From contig OZ024743.1 in the NCBI GenBank assembly GCA_964016885.1, forward strand, positions 334,676,001 through 334,740,000: a stretch of 64,000 nt of DNA, read 5' to 3'. The stretch's first letter is position 1, and the number at the start of each line of letters is the position of its first letter. The DNA comes from Eledone cirrhosa. Lineage: Eukaryota. The position numbers and the translations under genes are program-made. The notes under the pieces are model-generated. The model worked only from the letters and a program-made list of their open reading frames with translations, searched no databases and was not told the DNA's origin. Of this stretch, positions 27,696 to 40,310 are shown piece by piece.

Positions 27696-28389
27696 TAAAT
27701 AATAAACAAACAAAACTGGTGGTCTTTTCCGTATCTTCCCAATTTAAAACATTTAAAATATATAAATATTCTTATTAACTCAGTTACAATAAACATAACC
27801 AATATCCCTCATAACTTATTAAAACAATTATATATAACAAGATATACCCATCTATCTATTCATATATCTATTTTTCTATCTATCTATTTTTCTATCTATT
27901 GATTCTTCTATATATCTATCTTTTTACCTATTTATTTTTCAACTTATTTTCAACATATTTGTATATATATTTATTTTTTATTTTTCATATATCTATTTTT
28001 TCTATCTACTTATAATAGTAAATATTATATTATATTATATTAGAAATCAATTCTAACAACTTAATAATAGTAAATATACGTACCATTAGTAGATATAAAA
28101 TTAAAACTTATTTACGTTACATGAGTTCTATTCATCCTCTTGTAAGTTTCAGCTCTCTTTCTATTTTTTCTATCTCATAATACTAATATTTTTTTCTTTT
28201 TTCTCTTTCTTCTCTGTCTATCCCCAGCGTCATTTAAATAAACGGTTGTTTTTTCAATTATTCACACATTCATTTACATATTCATACATAACTTTGGATA
28301 TTCCCTAATATGTTTCCACTATCCAGCGAATTTCTGACCGATAAGGTTGAATCTTCATGGGTACGTCTTTATTTATAAAACAAACTTTG

Positions 28390-28454
28390 TATTTTATCTG
28401 ATGAAAGCGCACCAAGGTTGGCTTGGTTGCCCTTGAAATATATATAATAAAATA
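28390..28454 (+). ncRNA. Minimal type I hammerhead ribozyme
   Basis: 8-bp stem I tattttat/ataaaata; CTGATGA; stem II aag..accaag/cttggt..ctt; GAAA-tatata-TA. Confidence 0.78.
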
Positions 28455-28580
28455 AACATGGTTTTATAAATATAGTTTCCATTTATTTAATATCATGGAA
28501 TATTTACTCCAGTAAACTGTCGAGTGCTCTAAATCAGTTATAAACATTTATGTTTGTCAGAATTCCAACAAATTAAATAC

Positions 28581-28719
<139 letters not shown>

Positions 28720-28832
28720 AATAGAGAGAGAGAGAGAGAACAAATTTAGATGTCATATAAGCAAGTGTGTTTTTCCCCGTTCCTTCCTCTTCTCACTCTT
28801 TATCTTTCTATTTTATCTACCATTTCTAACTA

Positions 28833-28868
28833 TCTTTTGATAAAGGACCAGTGTCCGAAAGGTTAAGG
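28833..28868 (+). ncRNA. Minimal hammerhead, U3-A8 variant
   Basis: tctt-TTGATAA-a-ggac cagt gtcc-GAAA-gg-TT-aagg; same pseudo-LTR family as 21794 and 52546. Confidence 0.62.
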
Positions 28869-29035
28869 CTCTCTTTCTGTCATTCCAAGCGTTAAACTAA
28901 TATATTTCTTCAATGCACTTTGTCGTTTGCCTTGTGCTTTCTGTTTACTTTTTACATACATACACATAGATAGATACATTCACACATACACACATACACA
29001 TACGCCCCCCCCCACACACACACGCACACACGCAC

Positions 29036-29119
<84 letters not shown>

Positions 29120-29149
29120 GAGATTGAAATATAAATACATATATATATA

Positions 29150-30125
29150 ACTTTGATAGGTTTCTGGGCCAGTATTGGCCCAAGCCATGTCTAACTTAAT
29201 AGTACCACCTGGCGAAGTCTGAGATCATGACTCATAACAGATTCCTGTTTTGTACACCCTGGCCTATTCCAGCAAAGAACTCTTGGTTCCTGAGACATAT
29301 AAGTATTTAGGGGTTTATCCGGAATTTCTTGGAGGAATTTGTCCAAGGTTGTTATGAATTTTATGGGATGGGTTTCTGTTTTGATATATTTTGGTATGAT
29401 AAAAAACAAAAAAAAATCTGACCAGTTCAGGCGAAATAATGATGTCATATTATTGGTAAAAAATTGGGGTCGATTTTTGTAGTTGGCGGATATCACGGGG
29501 ACCAGGCTTTGTTTTTATTTGAAAGTTGATGCCAACACCATTTGAACATTGTTGATGGAATATTTTCCCAATCATACAAACTATTTAGCACCCACAGCGG
29601 CTTTGGAGAGTGTAGAGTGTAGAGTTTTCTAGTTGACCACAATAGTGAAGTCATGCCATACCATCTATCATTTTTGTAATTGACTTATAGGGTGCTTCAG
29701 TTTTCATAATACTGTGTGAGTAGAACACAGCGGACAACAGTATTTGATTTGGGGGCGGGCAAACTTAGAGTAGAGAAGGATAATGATATGAATATCTCTA
29801 GAGCTGAAAGTTCTAAGAATCCAGGAACTCATCTTGAGACCCACGTCAGCTTTTGTTGTTTTATTTTATGTGGGTACTCTAGATTAAGTTATTATCGACA
29901 ATTACTCTGGTGTTGTTAGATACCCCGAGATATAACCGAAAGAAAATATAGTAACATAAGTGCATCTATTTTCCCGAAGTGGTTTAACTCAGATTTAACC
30001 TCATTTAATAGCAATCAGATCTGATTGAAGGCATGTCCAGTCTCTCACCTCTTTAATGACCTACCAAAGCTTGGAATCATCTGCGAAGGTTCTTATTTTG
30101 CTGTGCCTGTGGCGTCTATAATATC
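29150..30125 (-). mobile_element. Degraded CR1/L2-type LINE 3' fragment with a SINE pair adjacent
   Basis: FADDSK at ~30090 and ITKMIDGM..LYTLQSR C-terminal remnants on the minus strand. Confidence 0.6.
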
Positions 30126-30134
30126 ATCGATCTA

Positions 30135-30505
30135 AATAATTGTTTCTACATTTGGCACAAGGCCAGTAATTATCCCAGTGTATTTATAGACCCTGTAAGG
30201 ATGAAAGGTAAATTTAACCTCGGCGGGATTTGAACTCAGACCCTAAAGGGCCGTAAATCTTTGCTGCAAAGCATGGTGTCCGGCCCTCTACCGATACTGC
30301 CAATCCACCGCCCATTGATGTAAATGATTGTTTCTACTTTTGGCCCAAGGCCACCAAATATCCCAGTGCATTACTGGTACTTTATTTTATCGACGCCGTA
30401 AGGATGAAAGGCAAAGTTAACCTCGGCGGGATTTGAACTCAGAATGGCTCAGAATTTGAACTCTATGCGTCAAAGCTTGGCTTCCGACCCTCTACCGATA
30501 CTGAA
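30135..30505 (-). mobile_element. Two tandem tRNA-derived SINE copies
   Basis: Family core and B box twice; A box in GCGGTGGATTGGCAGTATCGG. Confidence 0.8.
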
Positions 30506-30630
30506 GAGAAGTGAGCCCAAATCAGTTACAGGTAGGACGCCCTATATATATTTAGAAAGATATATATCTATTTAAATATATGTATTTTTGTACACACACA
30601 CACAGACACACACACACAAACACAAGCACT

Positions 30631-30726
<96 letters not shown>

Positions 30727-30767
30727 CGAAACGTAAGTCAATTGCATGAACTCATAATCCTTTATTT

Positions 30768-30823
30768 ACTGCTATATATATTTCGATGATAGCCATTGAA
30801 TGGCTATGACCTCATCAGGCAGT
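30768..30823 (-). ncRNA. Minimal type I hammerhead
   Basis: actgc-CTGATGA-ggtcatagcc..ggctatcatc-GAAA-tata-TA-gcagt. Confidence 0.78.
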
Positions 30824-31052
30824 TAGTCAGTTATTAGATATGCCAGCTCTGTGTTTATAGTGTTGATGGTATCAGAGCCTTGGGACATATCTATATGTAT
30901 ATATTTTTTAGTATATGTTGGTTGTATTCCAACACCCTTGTATGCAGATTGGAGCATTCGACGAAGTGCGCAGGTTGGTTTGGTTACTCCGGAGTAATGT
31001 AAAATAAAATAAAATAAATAAATCAAATGTTTAAAATTTGGCTTCGTTTATT

Positions 31053-31107
31053 ACTGCTATATATATTTCGGTGACAGCCATCTTTGGCTGTGACCTCTTC
31101 AGGCAGT
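31053..31107 (-). ncRNA. Minimal type I hammerhead
   Basis: actgc-CTGAAGA-ggt cacagcc..ggctgt cacc-GAAA-tatata-TA-gcagt. Confidence 0.78.
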
Positions 31108-34100
31108 CCGAATTAGTGCGGTACTCTGATATGCCCAGTTCCTGGTTGGGTTGTTATTTCACTGAGGAACTGGAATCATATGAATTTTTAAAAACGAATT
31201 TCAGCGTCAAAGGGCCTCTTCTCCTCTCATTGGTCAGTTGTTAGAACAAAAGTCTATAGAAATTCGTTCTGAGGCAAGCCAATCTGTAGTTGTTGTTATT
31301 GTTATTGTTAGGTACATCTGACCTCTATTCTTATGTTGGTAGTGGTGTTGTTGTTCGAGTCAGCTAAAAAAAAAGACTAATGGAGGACTTTGAAAACGAG
31401 ATGATTAACATCATATCCAACATCAAATTATCCGGAAACCCAACCAGAAGTCAGGAGTACCTCAGACACCCGAGAAACCGGATTACAGTACTTAAAGAGA
31501 CAACTGGAATACTTGTCCATGCTGACAAAACCAACAACCTCTACAATATGAACACCGAACTGTATAATAAGATAATTTTCAGGGAACTGAGGAAGTGCTA
31601 CAAAAAAACACCTGAATTTACCCTGGATGAGATCAATGCCACAGCTTACAGGATTATATCTGGACTCGGCATAGAGGACAGGACGGCCCCATACCAGCCA
31701 AGGGAGCCGCAGATTACCCTTAAAGATCACAAGCCAAACTTTGAGTCCGACCTCCCTGTCAGACTAATAGCCCCCTACAGATCTGACCTAGGGATCGTCA
31801 GTAAAAAAATACTAGATAGGATTTTGCCCAAGCTTCGAAAAAAACTTGATTACAGCAATGGTCATGCACGGGAGAGGTAATAGAATGGTTTAAGATACTA
31901 CATGAGAAAAGTAACACCAGCTTTATACAACTGGATATCGCAGGCTACTACTCCTCAATCTCACCCATAGTACTCAATAAGGGCCTATTTTTAGCGATGT
32001 CCAATACGGACCTAACCCGAGAGGAGGTGAGCATCATCCACGCCGCAAGAAAGACCTTAATCCATTTCGATGGAGACTTTTGGACCAGGGGTGATTGGCC
32101 AAATAACTTTGACATCACGATGGGCTCCAGCAACTCAGCACAGGTAAAGGACCTGGTTGGGCTCTTCCTGCTGAAGCAGATAAAAGATGAAATCCCCTGC
32201 CTGGGAGGTGGATTATATCGTGACGATGCTCTCTTCACAGTATATGACCAATGCACCAATATGTTGGAGGGAATGAGGCGGCGTATTCGCCATTTCTTTA
32301 AGAACCAGGGGCTCAGTATATAACTAGAGCCAAATAGAAAGGTAGTTAACTTCCTAGACACCACACTAAACCTGAACACCGAACAATACTACCCCTACCA
32401 CTAGCCCATCGAGAAACTCGTGTATGTTAACGCCAAGTCAAACCACCCTAGATCCGAAACCAATGCTGTGGGGAAGAGTGTCTCGGACAGGATCTCCAAC
32501 CTGTCCGCAAATAAGGAAATATTCGATAACAACGCGGAATATCACGACACAGCTCTAAATAAGGTGGCACATGGCCAAAATATAACATATAGTCCGAAAC
32601 GCCGGGATGTGGATGGCCCAACGGAGACCCACACCCGCGTTGTCCGGGGGGGGGGGGAGAACACTAACAATACAGGAAGAACAGAAACAAATAGGCACCA
32701 TGAGCTCGACACCACCACGCGGGCGTTGGTGACGAGTACGCTTAACCATGAGATGAAACCCAATATGAGTAGCAGTCTCAGGGGTGATGCTAACCACCCC
32801 AGGCCCGACGACCCCAACCGCAGGACACGGGGGGGGGGGAGGCAACGGGGACCACCCCACAGATTCGGGCCGTGAAGATAGCAAAAGGCATAGCGCCCAA
32901 AGGGGAAGCAACAATGCTGGAACCACCAGCAACCCAACAAATCTCCAACAACTCACGACGCCCCCGACCCACACATATAGGAGGAGACAGAAAAATCACG
33001 TGGTACAACCCACCCTACTCAGCGGCCCTAAAGAACAGCTTGACCCGATCATTCTTTGGAGCACTTGATAAATGCTTCCCGAGGGACAATAGATACCACA
33101 AGATCTTCAACAGACATACTGTGAGGCTCTCGTATTCCACCACGAGAAATCTGGCCCAACACATATCTAGCATCAACTGGAGTAGGCTTAAAAAACCACA
33201 CACAACCAGAAGATGGCAATACAAGCACTTAGCAGAACCATGTGGAAGGTGGGAAGGGGGGGGGGACCCAGTGCCCACCCAAGAAACCCAAACAGACCCC
33301 AGGACCCCCCACCGTGCCTGGGAGAAGACCACCATGTAACACCTAACGGGAACGCCAATCTAGGCACGCAGAGGTCGACCACCCTCTGAAACTGCAGAAA
33401 CCCCGAATCATTCCCCCTTGGTAATGAAGGCCTTAAGAAGAACCTAGTATACGTTTGTAGGGTTAAAACCCCCAACTCCGAACACCTCTACATAGGAGCA
33501 ACATCAACGAACTTTAAAGACCGCTGGTATAACCATCGCCATTCCTTCAATAAGGAGGCCAAAAGGAAAAGTACGGCTCTCTCCGACCTGATCTTGAAGC
33601 TTAAGCTGGACAGGACCCCGTACTCCCTGGCCTGGTCCATAATCAGGAAAGTACCACCCGATAAAGGGGGATCTTGCATATGCAAACTATGTCTGAACGA
33701 GACCCTCGAGATACTAAGAGGTGGAAGCGGCCTGATAAACCTCAGAACCGACTTCTTCGAGACATGCAGACACCTCAGGGTCGGGATCTTCCTCAAGATA
33801 TATGGACAGTAGCAACACAATAAGATGTGAACTCCCCTCAATCTATAGGGACTTCTTCAGAACATGTAGACACCTCTCGGCCAGACCTCCCTCAAGCTAT
33901 ATGGGCAGTAACAGCACGATGGGTTGGGAACTCCTCTCAAGCGATAGGGACCAACCCAGGCTGAGCAGACACCATGATAGCCTAGAGATTGATTCTGACA
34001 CAGCCTTTATAATTTGGCCAACATCTTTATAAGACACACACATTTTAATTTACTTGATATTTTATTTTTCATTTTTGATTTCTCATTATGCATTTGTTAT

Positions 34101-35150
34101 TTGTTTTCTGTTTTCTTCGCTTTATCACCTTATATTTATATTTAAGTTGAGATTGGTTATAACACACACACATTTTATTTGATTATCCTATTTCGTTTTA
34201 TTCTTTTACCATCTTGTTCCTCCTACCACTCTATCCAACATATTTCTGACGTTGAGATTGGTTATAGCACACACATTTTATCTTATTTTATTTGAATCTT
34301 TGTTTTTATTTTTCACTTTTCATTTTCATTTTTCATTTTCCATATTCATTTTCATTACTTTTTCATTACTTTTTCATTAATTTTTCATTTATTCTCTATT
34401 TATTATTTATTTTCTGTTTTCTTCATTTTATTGCCTTCTATTTCTTCATATACATGGCAGAACCCCCCCACCCCCCACCACCACCACCACGGGAGATGGT
34501 GGCAGGAGGGATGAATAAACAAACACACAGATACTTCTAAATTATCAGCAGAAGCAAGACATAAGCTGACCACAACACCAACAACACTACCAAAATAAGG
34601 GTAGAGGTCAGATGTACTTAACAATAGCAAACACAAACACTACAGGGAGCCTCACCCCAGAAAGAATTTCTATAGACTTTGGACTGAGAAATGCTCTCAA
34701 AACTGACCAATGGGAAGTTTGACATTAAACATCTTTATAACATTAAGATGGGTATAACACACACACACATTTTATTCGATTATTTTATTTTATTGTGTTC
34801 CTTTGCCATATTATTCCTTCTACCACTTTATCATTTTTTTTAGCTGACTCCAACAACACCACTACCAACATAAGAATAGAGGTCAGATGTACCTAACAAT
34901 AACAAGAACAACAACTACAGATTGGCTTGCCTCAGAACGAATTTCTATAGACTTTTGACTGAGGAATGTTCTAACAACTGACCAATGAGAGGAGAAGAGG
35001 CCCTTTGACGCTAAAATTCGTTTGTTTAAATTCATATGATTCCAGTTCCTCAGTGAAATAACAACCCAACCAGGAACTGGGCATATCAGAGTATTGACAA
35101 AGTTATACACCTCAACAACATGTGTACTCGTCTCTACCACACTAATTCGG

Positions 35151-35205
35151 ACTGCCTGAAGAGGTCACAGCCAAAGATCGCTGTCAACGAAATATATATA
35201 GCAGT
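35151..35205 (+). ncRNA. Minimal type I hammerhead in the 3' pseudo-LTR
   Basis: actgc-CTGAAGA-..acagc/gctgt..-GAAA-tatata-TA-gcagt. Confidence 0.72.
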
Positions 35206-35315
35206 AATAAACGAAGCCAAATTTTAAACATTTGACTTATTTATTTTATTTTATTATTTATATATATATATATATATATGTAGTTAAAAGAATAGAGGTG
35301 TAACACACAAGTTAT

Positions 35316-35796
35316 TATATATTGGTAAACGGAATAGAAAATGCTGACAAATTGTTCACAGTTGAAAAATGGTTTAATTAGGAATAAAAGAGTATTAGTG
35401 ATTGTATGGGTTAGTATTCAGTTGTGGTTTTAAGTTTTTAAGTTTTTACCGGTTGCGCATTTCTAAATGCTTTTCAAAAATAATTTTGTGATAGAGTGTC
35501 CGTGCTGTTTGCTCTGATCTGATTAGTTTTGGGAATTCTACCTGTTTTTATGTTAAAAAAGTGGCTCCAGCGTTACTTTGGTGTTGCAAAAATTCTTGTG
35601 GTCAAAACAATTTTGATTGGTCGGTAGAGGTCATGTGAATGTAAAATATTGATTTTGCGCCAAGACTGTTTTTATGTTAAAAAAGTGTCTCCAGCAAAAA
35701 TTCTTGTGGTCAAAACAATTTTGATTGGTCGGTAGAGGTCATGTGAATAAAAAATTGGTTTTGCGCCAAGATTGAGAAATGACTCTTTCACAACAA

Positions 35797-35858
<62 letters not shown>

Positions 35859-35943
35859 TAGTAGTAGTAGTAAGGTGTTCGATGTTGTGATAATGGTTAG
35901 CAGCGATGTGTGTCAAATGGCTATTAAGATAAGTGTGTGTGTT

Positions 35944-35993
<50 letters not shown>

Positions 35994-36103
35994 GCAGAGT
36001 AATTCGTGGTGGCAGGGATGGTCAGTAAGAATGTGTCTGAAAGCAATGGGGGGTATTTTAGCATGTCAAAAGATATTTTTCAGCTTTTGTCTTATACGGA
36101 GAA

Positions 36104-36144
<41 letters not shown>

Positions 36145-36351
36145 AGTCTCTTTGTATGTTGATGTACGCGTGTGTATGTCTGTGTGTATATATATATGTG
36201 TGTGTGGGGGGGGGGCAGTATTTTTTCCCCCTGGTAAAATGGTGTACATTATTCGATTTTTTCAGTAAAATCGGTTCTCTTAATAGAACATCAAAAATCT
36301 TAACAATAAAAGGTGTGAAATGATATTCACTATATATATATATACATATAT

Positions 36352-36393
<42 letters not shown>

Positions 36394-37869
36394 TATACAC
36401 ATATATACATATATATATGCACATATATTTTCTTGTGTTGCACCATAGAGCATGTGTGTTTACGTATGTCATTGTGTTTATATGTGGGTAGAGATGTGTG
36501 CTGATGTAGGTATGTATGTTGACGTGTGTATGTTGTGGGTTCGTCTTAGGGAGAAGTGTTTAGACGGGGTCCGTATTTGTTAATGAAGTAAGATTCCTTG
36601 CTGATGCGCTGGGTGTGGGTGGCATTATCTTTAAATTTGTAAAGGGGAAAGATTCTGAAGTTGGGTTGATTTTGGGCGGCACAGGTATCAATGTGTTCAC
36701 TCAGTGGTATTTTCCTGTATTCCCGTATTTTGATTTGGGATCTATGGACAGTCATGCGTTGGCGGAGGCTGTTTTTGGTCTGGCCTATGTATTGTTCTCG
36801 ACAACCTGAACAAGTTAATACATATATTAGATTTTCCGATGCACATGTGAAATTGTGTTTTACTATAAAACGTTGTCCATCTTTGAAATAGAATTTCGAA
36901 CCCTCTATTAGGTTGATGCAAATGCCACAGTTGGGTCTATCGCATTTTTTTACTGTGGGTTTCGTTGTTGTGGTTGGCAGTACTTTGGCATGTGTTAAGA
37001 TGTTTTTCATTGACTTGGATTGTCTTTTGCTCTTTATGATATCGTGTGTTCGTAGAATTTGGTTAATTCTATGGTCCTTTTTCAATACAGGGATGTTCTG
37101 GAGGATGGTGTCAAAGGCCTCATTGTTGAGGGGGTTGTGTGTGGAGATGTATCTAAGAGCTTTTCGTTTTGGTTGATTTGCATGCCTTACTTATTGATTC
37201 GCTTTTATGTACTTTAGGGATACCGTAGAAAAGGCTGGATTTACTTGTGAAGTCTGTGATGAAGCTGAATTCCTTCTTAGTGAGTCCTTCTTTGTATTGA
37301 TTGATTAGAGTGTTTAGGTTTCTCATAATTTTCTGTTGATTGTAGTGTTCAGCCTTTTCGTAGTATGTTTCGTTTTCCAAAGTGGAGAGCTCTAAGTTGA
37401 TATAGAATTCTGTCTCCATTAGAACTACTGTACTCCCTTTATCAGCCTCTTTAATTGTAATGGTTCTGTCGGTTTTTAATCTATTTAATTCTTCCCATTC
37501 TTTCTTGTTGAGGTTTAGCTTGTGTTTTTGTCTTGGCGCAAAATCAATTTTTTACATTCACATGACCTCTACCGACCAATCAAAATTGTTTTGACCACAA
37601 GCATTTTGCAACACCAAAGTAACGTTGAAGCCACTTTTTTAACATAAAAACAGGTAGAATTCCCAAAACTAATCAGATCAGAGCAAACAGCACGGACACT
37701 CTATCTCAAAATTATTTTTGAAAAGCATTTAGAAATGCGCAACCGGTAGAAACTTAAAAAATTAAAACCACAACTGAATACTAACCCATACAATCACTAA
37801 TACTCTTTTATTCCTAATTAAACCATTTTTCAACTGTGAACAATTTGTCAGCATTTTCTATTCCGTTTA

Positions 37870-37876
<7 letters not shown>
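35316..37876 (-). mobile_element. Internally deleted Penelope-like element (RT core missing, GIY-YIG retained) with inverted pseudo-LTRs
   Basis: EADKG and FYGIPKVHK joined near 37160 to THNP..KCDRPNCGIC..NLIYVLTC..YIGQT; 35316-35665 is the inverse of 37530-37876. Confidence 0.85.
35444..35480 (-). ncRNA. Minimal hammerhead-like motif, U3-A8 core with GCAA instead of GAAA
   Basis: ttt-TTGAAAA-gcattt ag aaatgc-GCAA-ccgg-TA-aaa; mirror copy at 37715-37751 (+). Confidence 0.5.
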
Positions 37877-37939
<63 letters not shown>

Positions 37940-38232
37940 AAAATGGAAGGGGAACAAAACAGAGAGGCAGTCGAACAAAGGTTTATTAGTTTCACGCTCT
38001 TATATATATATATAACTATGGAACGCTTGCCAGCATAATTCTGATTTTTGCGTTTCGTTTCGCTTTTTCTACCCGTCGAAATGCGATTCTCGTTGAATTT
38101 ATATTTATATATATATATATCAAATCAAGCATAAATCAGGTCAATTGCACAGATAGAATTTAAACGGTTTCAGCTTTATCGTACGAGACGTATAGATTTA
38201 AATAATGTAGATTTCTGAATGTTTTAACGAGA

Positions 38233-38432
38233 NNNNNNNNNNNNNNNNNNNNNNNNNNNNNNNNNNNNNNNNNNNNNNNNNNNNNNNNNNNNNNNNNNNN
38301 NNNNNNNNNNNNNNNNNNNNNNNNNNNNNNNNNNNNNNNNNNNNNNNNNNNNNNNNNNNNNNNNNNNNNNNNNNNNNNNNNNNNNNNNNNNNNNNNNNNN
38401 NNNNNNNNNNNNNNNNNNNNNNNNNNNNNNNN
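38233..38432. other. Assembly gap (200 N)
   Basis: Run of N next to (TA)n. Confidence 0.99.
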
Positions 38433-38474
38433 GCGTATGTGTATGTGTATGAATATATATATATATATATATAT

Positions 38475-38601
<127 letters not shown>

Positions 38602-38632
38602 CCATATATATATATATATATATATATATACC

Positions 38633-38696
<64 letters not shown>

Positions 38697-39231
38697 ATAT
38701 ATAAAGTGTGAAAGTGGGAGGCGGGAAAGAGTTAGTGAAATAAATAGATTCAGTGTTATAACATGAGAATGGTTTTGATACTCTGTGGAAGAAAAGTCGG
38801 CAAATCACGTACATCTATTTAAAATGCCATAACTGAAGTATGGCTAGATAAACACACTTTCAGTATTGTATATTTTTCAGATCTTTATTTTGTAATTGAT
38901 ATCCCATTTAACTGGCATCTGTCTAGTTTATATATACTGTTCCGTTTCCCTTTCTAAATCTCTGCATTGCTTCAAAATACACGAATACGTGTTTAGATAC
39001 AACCGGATGAGTAATTTTGCACCGGTAAAATAAGTCGCTCTGTATTTTCCTGATATCGGTTTAAAGGCTGGGTGTTTCAAAGAAAATTATCCCTAAATAT
39101 ATATGTACGGATGTAAGTGTATGTGCATATGTATTTGTGTGTGTGTAGTGCATATATACATTACATTACTTACATACATATATACACACACATATATATA
39201 TATAAATATATACACACACATATGTATATGC

Positions 39232-39267
<36 letters not shown>

Positions 39268-39269
39268 TC

Positions 39270-39320
<51 letters not shown>

Positions 39321-39569
39321 CATACCTACATGCACAATTACATACATACATACCCACACACATACACACACATATATGTTTGTATGGGAATATAGATACA
39401 TATATATATATACATTTACCTACATAAATACCTAACTACCTATCTACCTACCTACCCACATACCTACATATATGTATATATATATGTATATATACATATA
39501 TATATACATACATATATACATATATGATGGCTGCCCCCTCGTTATCGAGTATGGCCATTGCACGAGGAG

Positions 39570-39603
<34 letters not shown>

Positions 39604-39611
39604 TAAATAAA

Positions 39612-39678
<67 letters not shown>

Positions 39679-39751
39679 CATATACATATATACACACATA
39701 TATATATACATACACACATATACATTAATAACAGTAATAATAATAATAATG

Positions 39752-40218
39752 ATTTCATTTATTAGCCACAAGGGCCGACATGTAGGGGACAATACAAAGA
39801 CAGGAACAGTGGGGATTTACAATAAGGTCGAGTAAAAGTGCACAATGGCAAGACTAATTTAACAATGAAAATATAAAAATATAAAATAAACTATGCACAA
39901 ATATAACAAAATAAATTCTCCGATAGGGGGTGTACGACCCTGGGGTGCTTCAGGTACCCCTCCAATCCTGAACCACCCTGCGCTTCTAGGGCACCCAGGA
40001 GAGCACCCCTCTCCTCAAGTTAGCCAGCCTATAGGCGCATGGTCAGAGTAGGCCCATTCACACGACCCATTCTCGCCACATTCACCCACCTTTTAGCAAA
40101 TGTACTGGGGGGCAGCACTTCTCTCTCCACCCTCAACCTCCTTTCCAGGTGAAACTTGAAGAAGTTGATGAGGGATTGGCCGAAGAGAAAAGTGTCTGTC
40201 TTTAGTCCTTTCAACCTG
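39752..40218 (-). mobile_element. 3' end of an L1/Tx1-like LINE with (ATT)n tail
   Basis: C-terminal RLKGLK..FFKFHL..RVERE..F.KRW, then a 3' UTR ending AATAAATGAAATC(ATT)n. Confidence 0.55.
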
Positions 40219-40310
40219 CAACAACAATAATAACGACAACAACAACAATAATAATATACATATATATATACACACACGCACACACATAAACATACCTATA
40301 CACACACACA

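Larger units (their letters stand above)
25354..28498 (+). mobile_element. 5'-truncated PLE (GIY-YIG fragment ~26140-26830) bounded by ~765-bp inverted pseudo-LTRs
   Basis: WYSPPF..FNRHTIKLSYSTT, CNCR..CPL..VVYKC..YVGST; arms 25354-26118 and 27736-28498 nearly identical in reverse complement. Confidence 0.88.
31000..35255 (+). mobile_element. Naiad-like Penelope element, frameshifted, with inverted terminal pseudo-LTRs
   Basis: ADKT, LKDHKPNF, FDITMGS, GLYRDD, SNHP, WYNPPY, LVYVC..YIGAT (GIY-YIG) in 31380-33812; arms ~31000-31378 and ~34834-35255. Clade name inferred from YRDD and CxC..CPL motifs. Confidence 0.88.
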
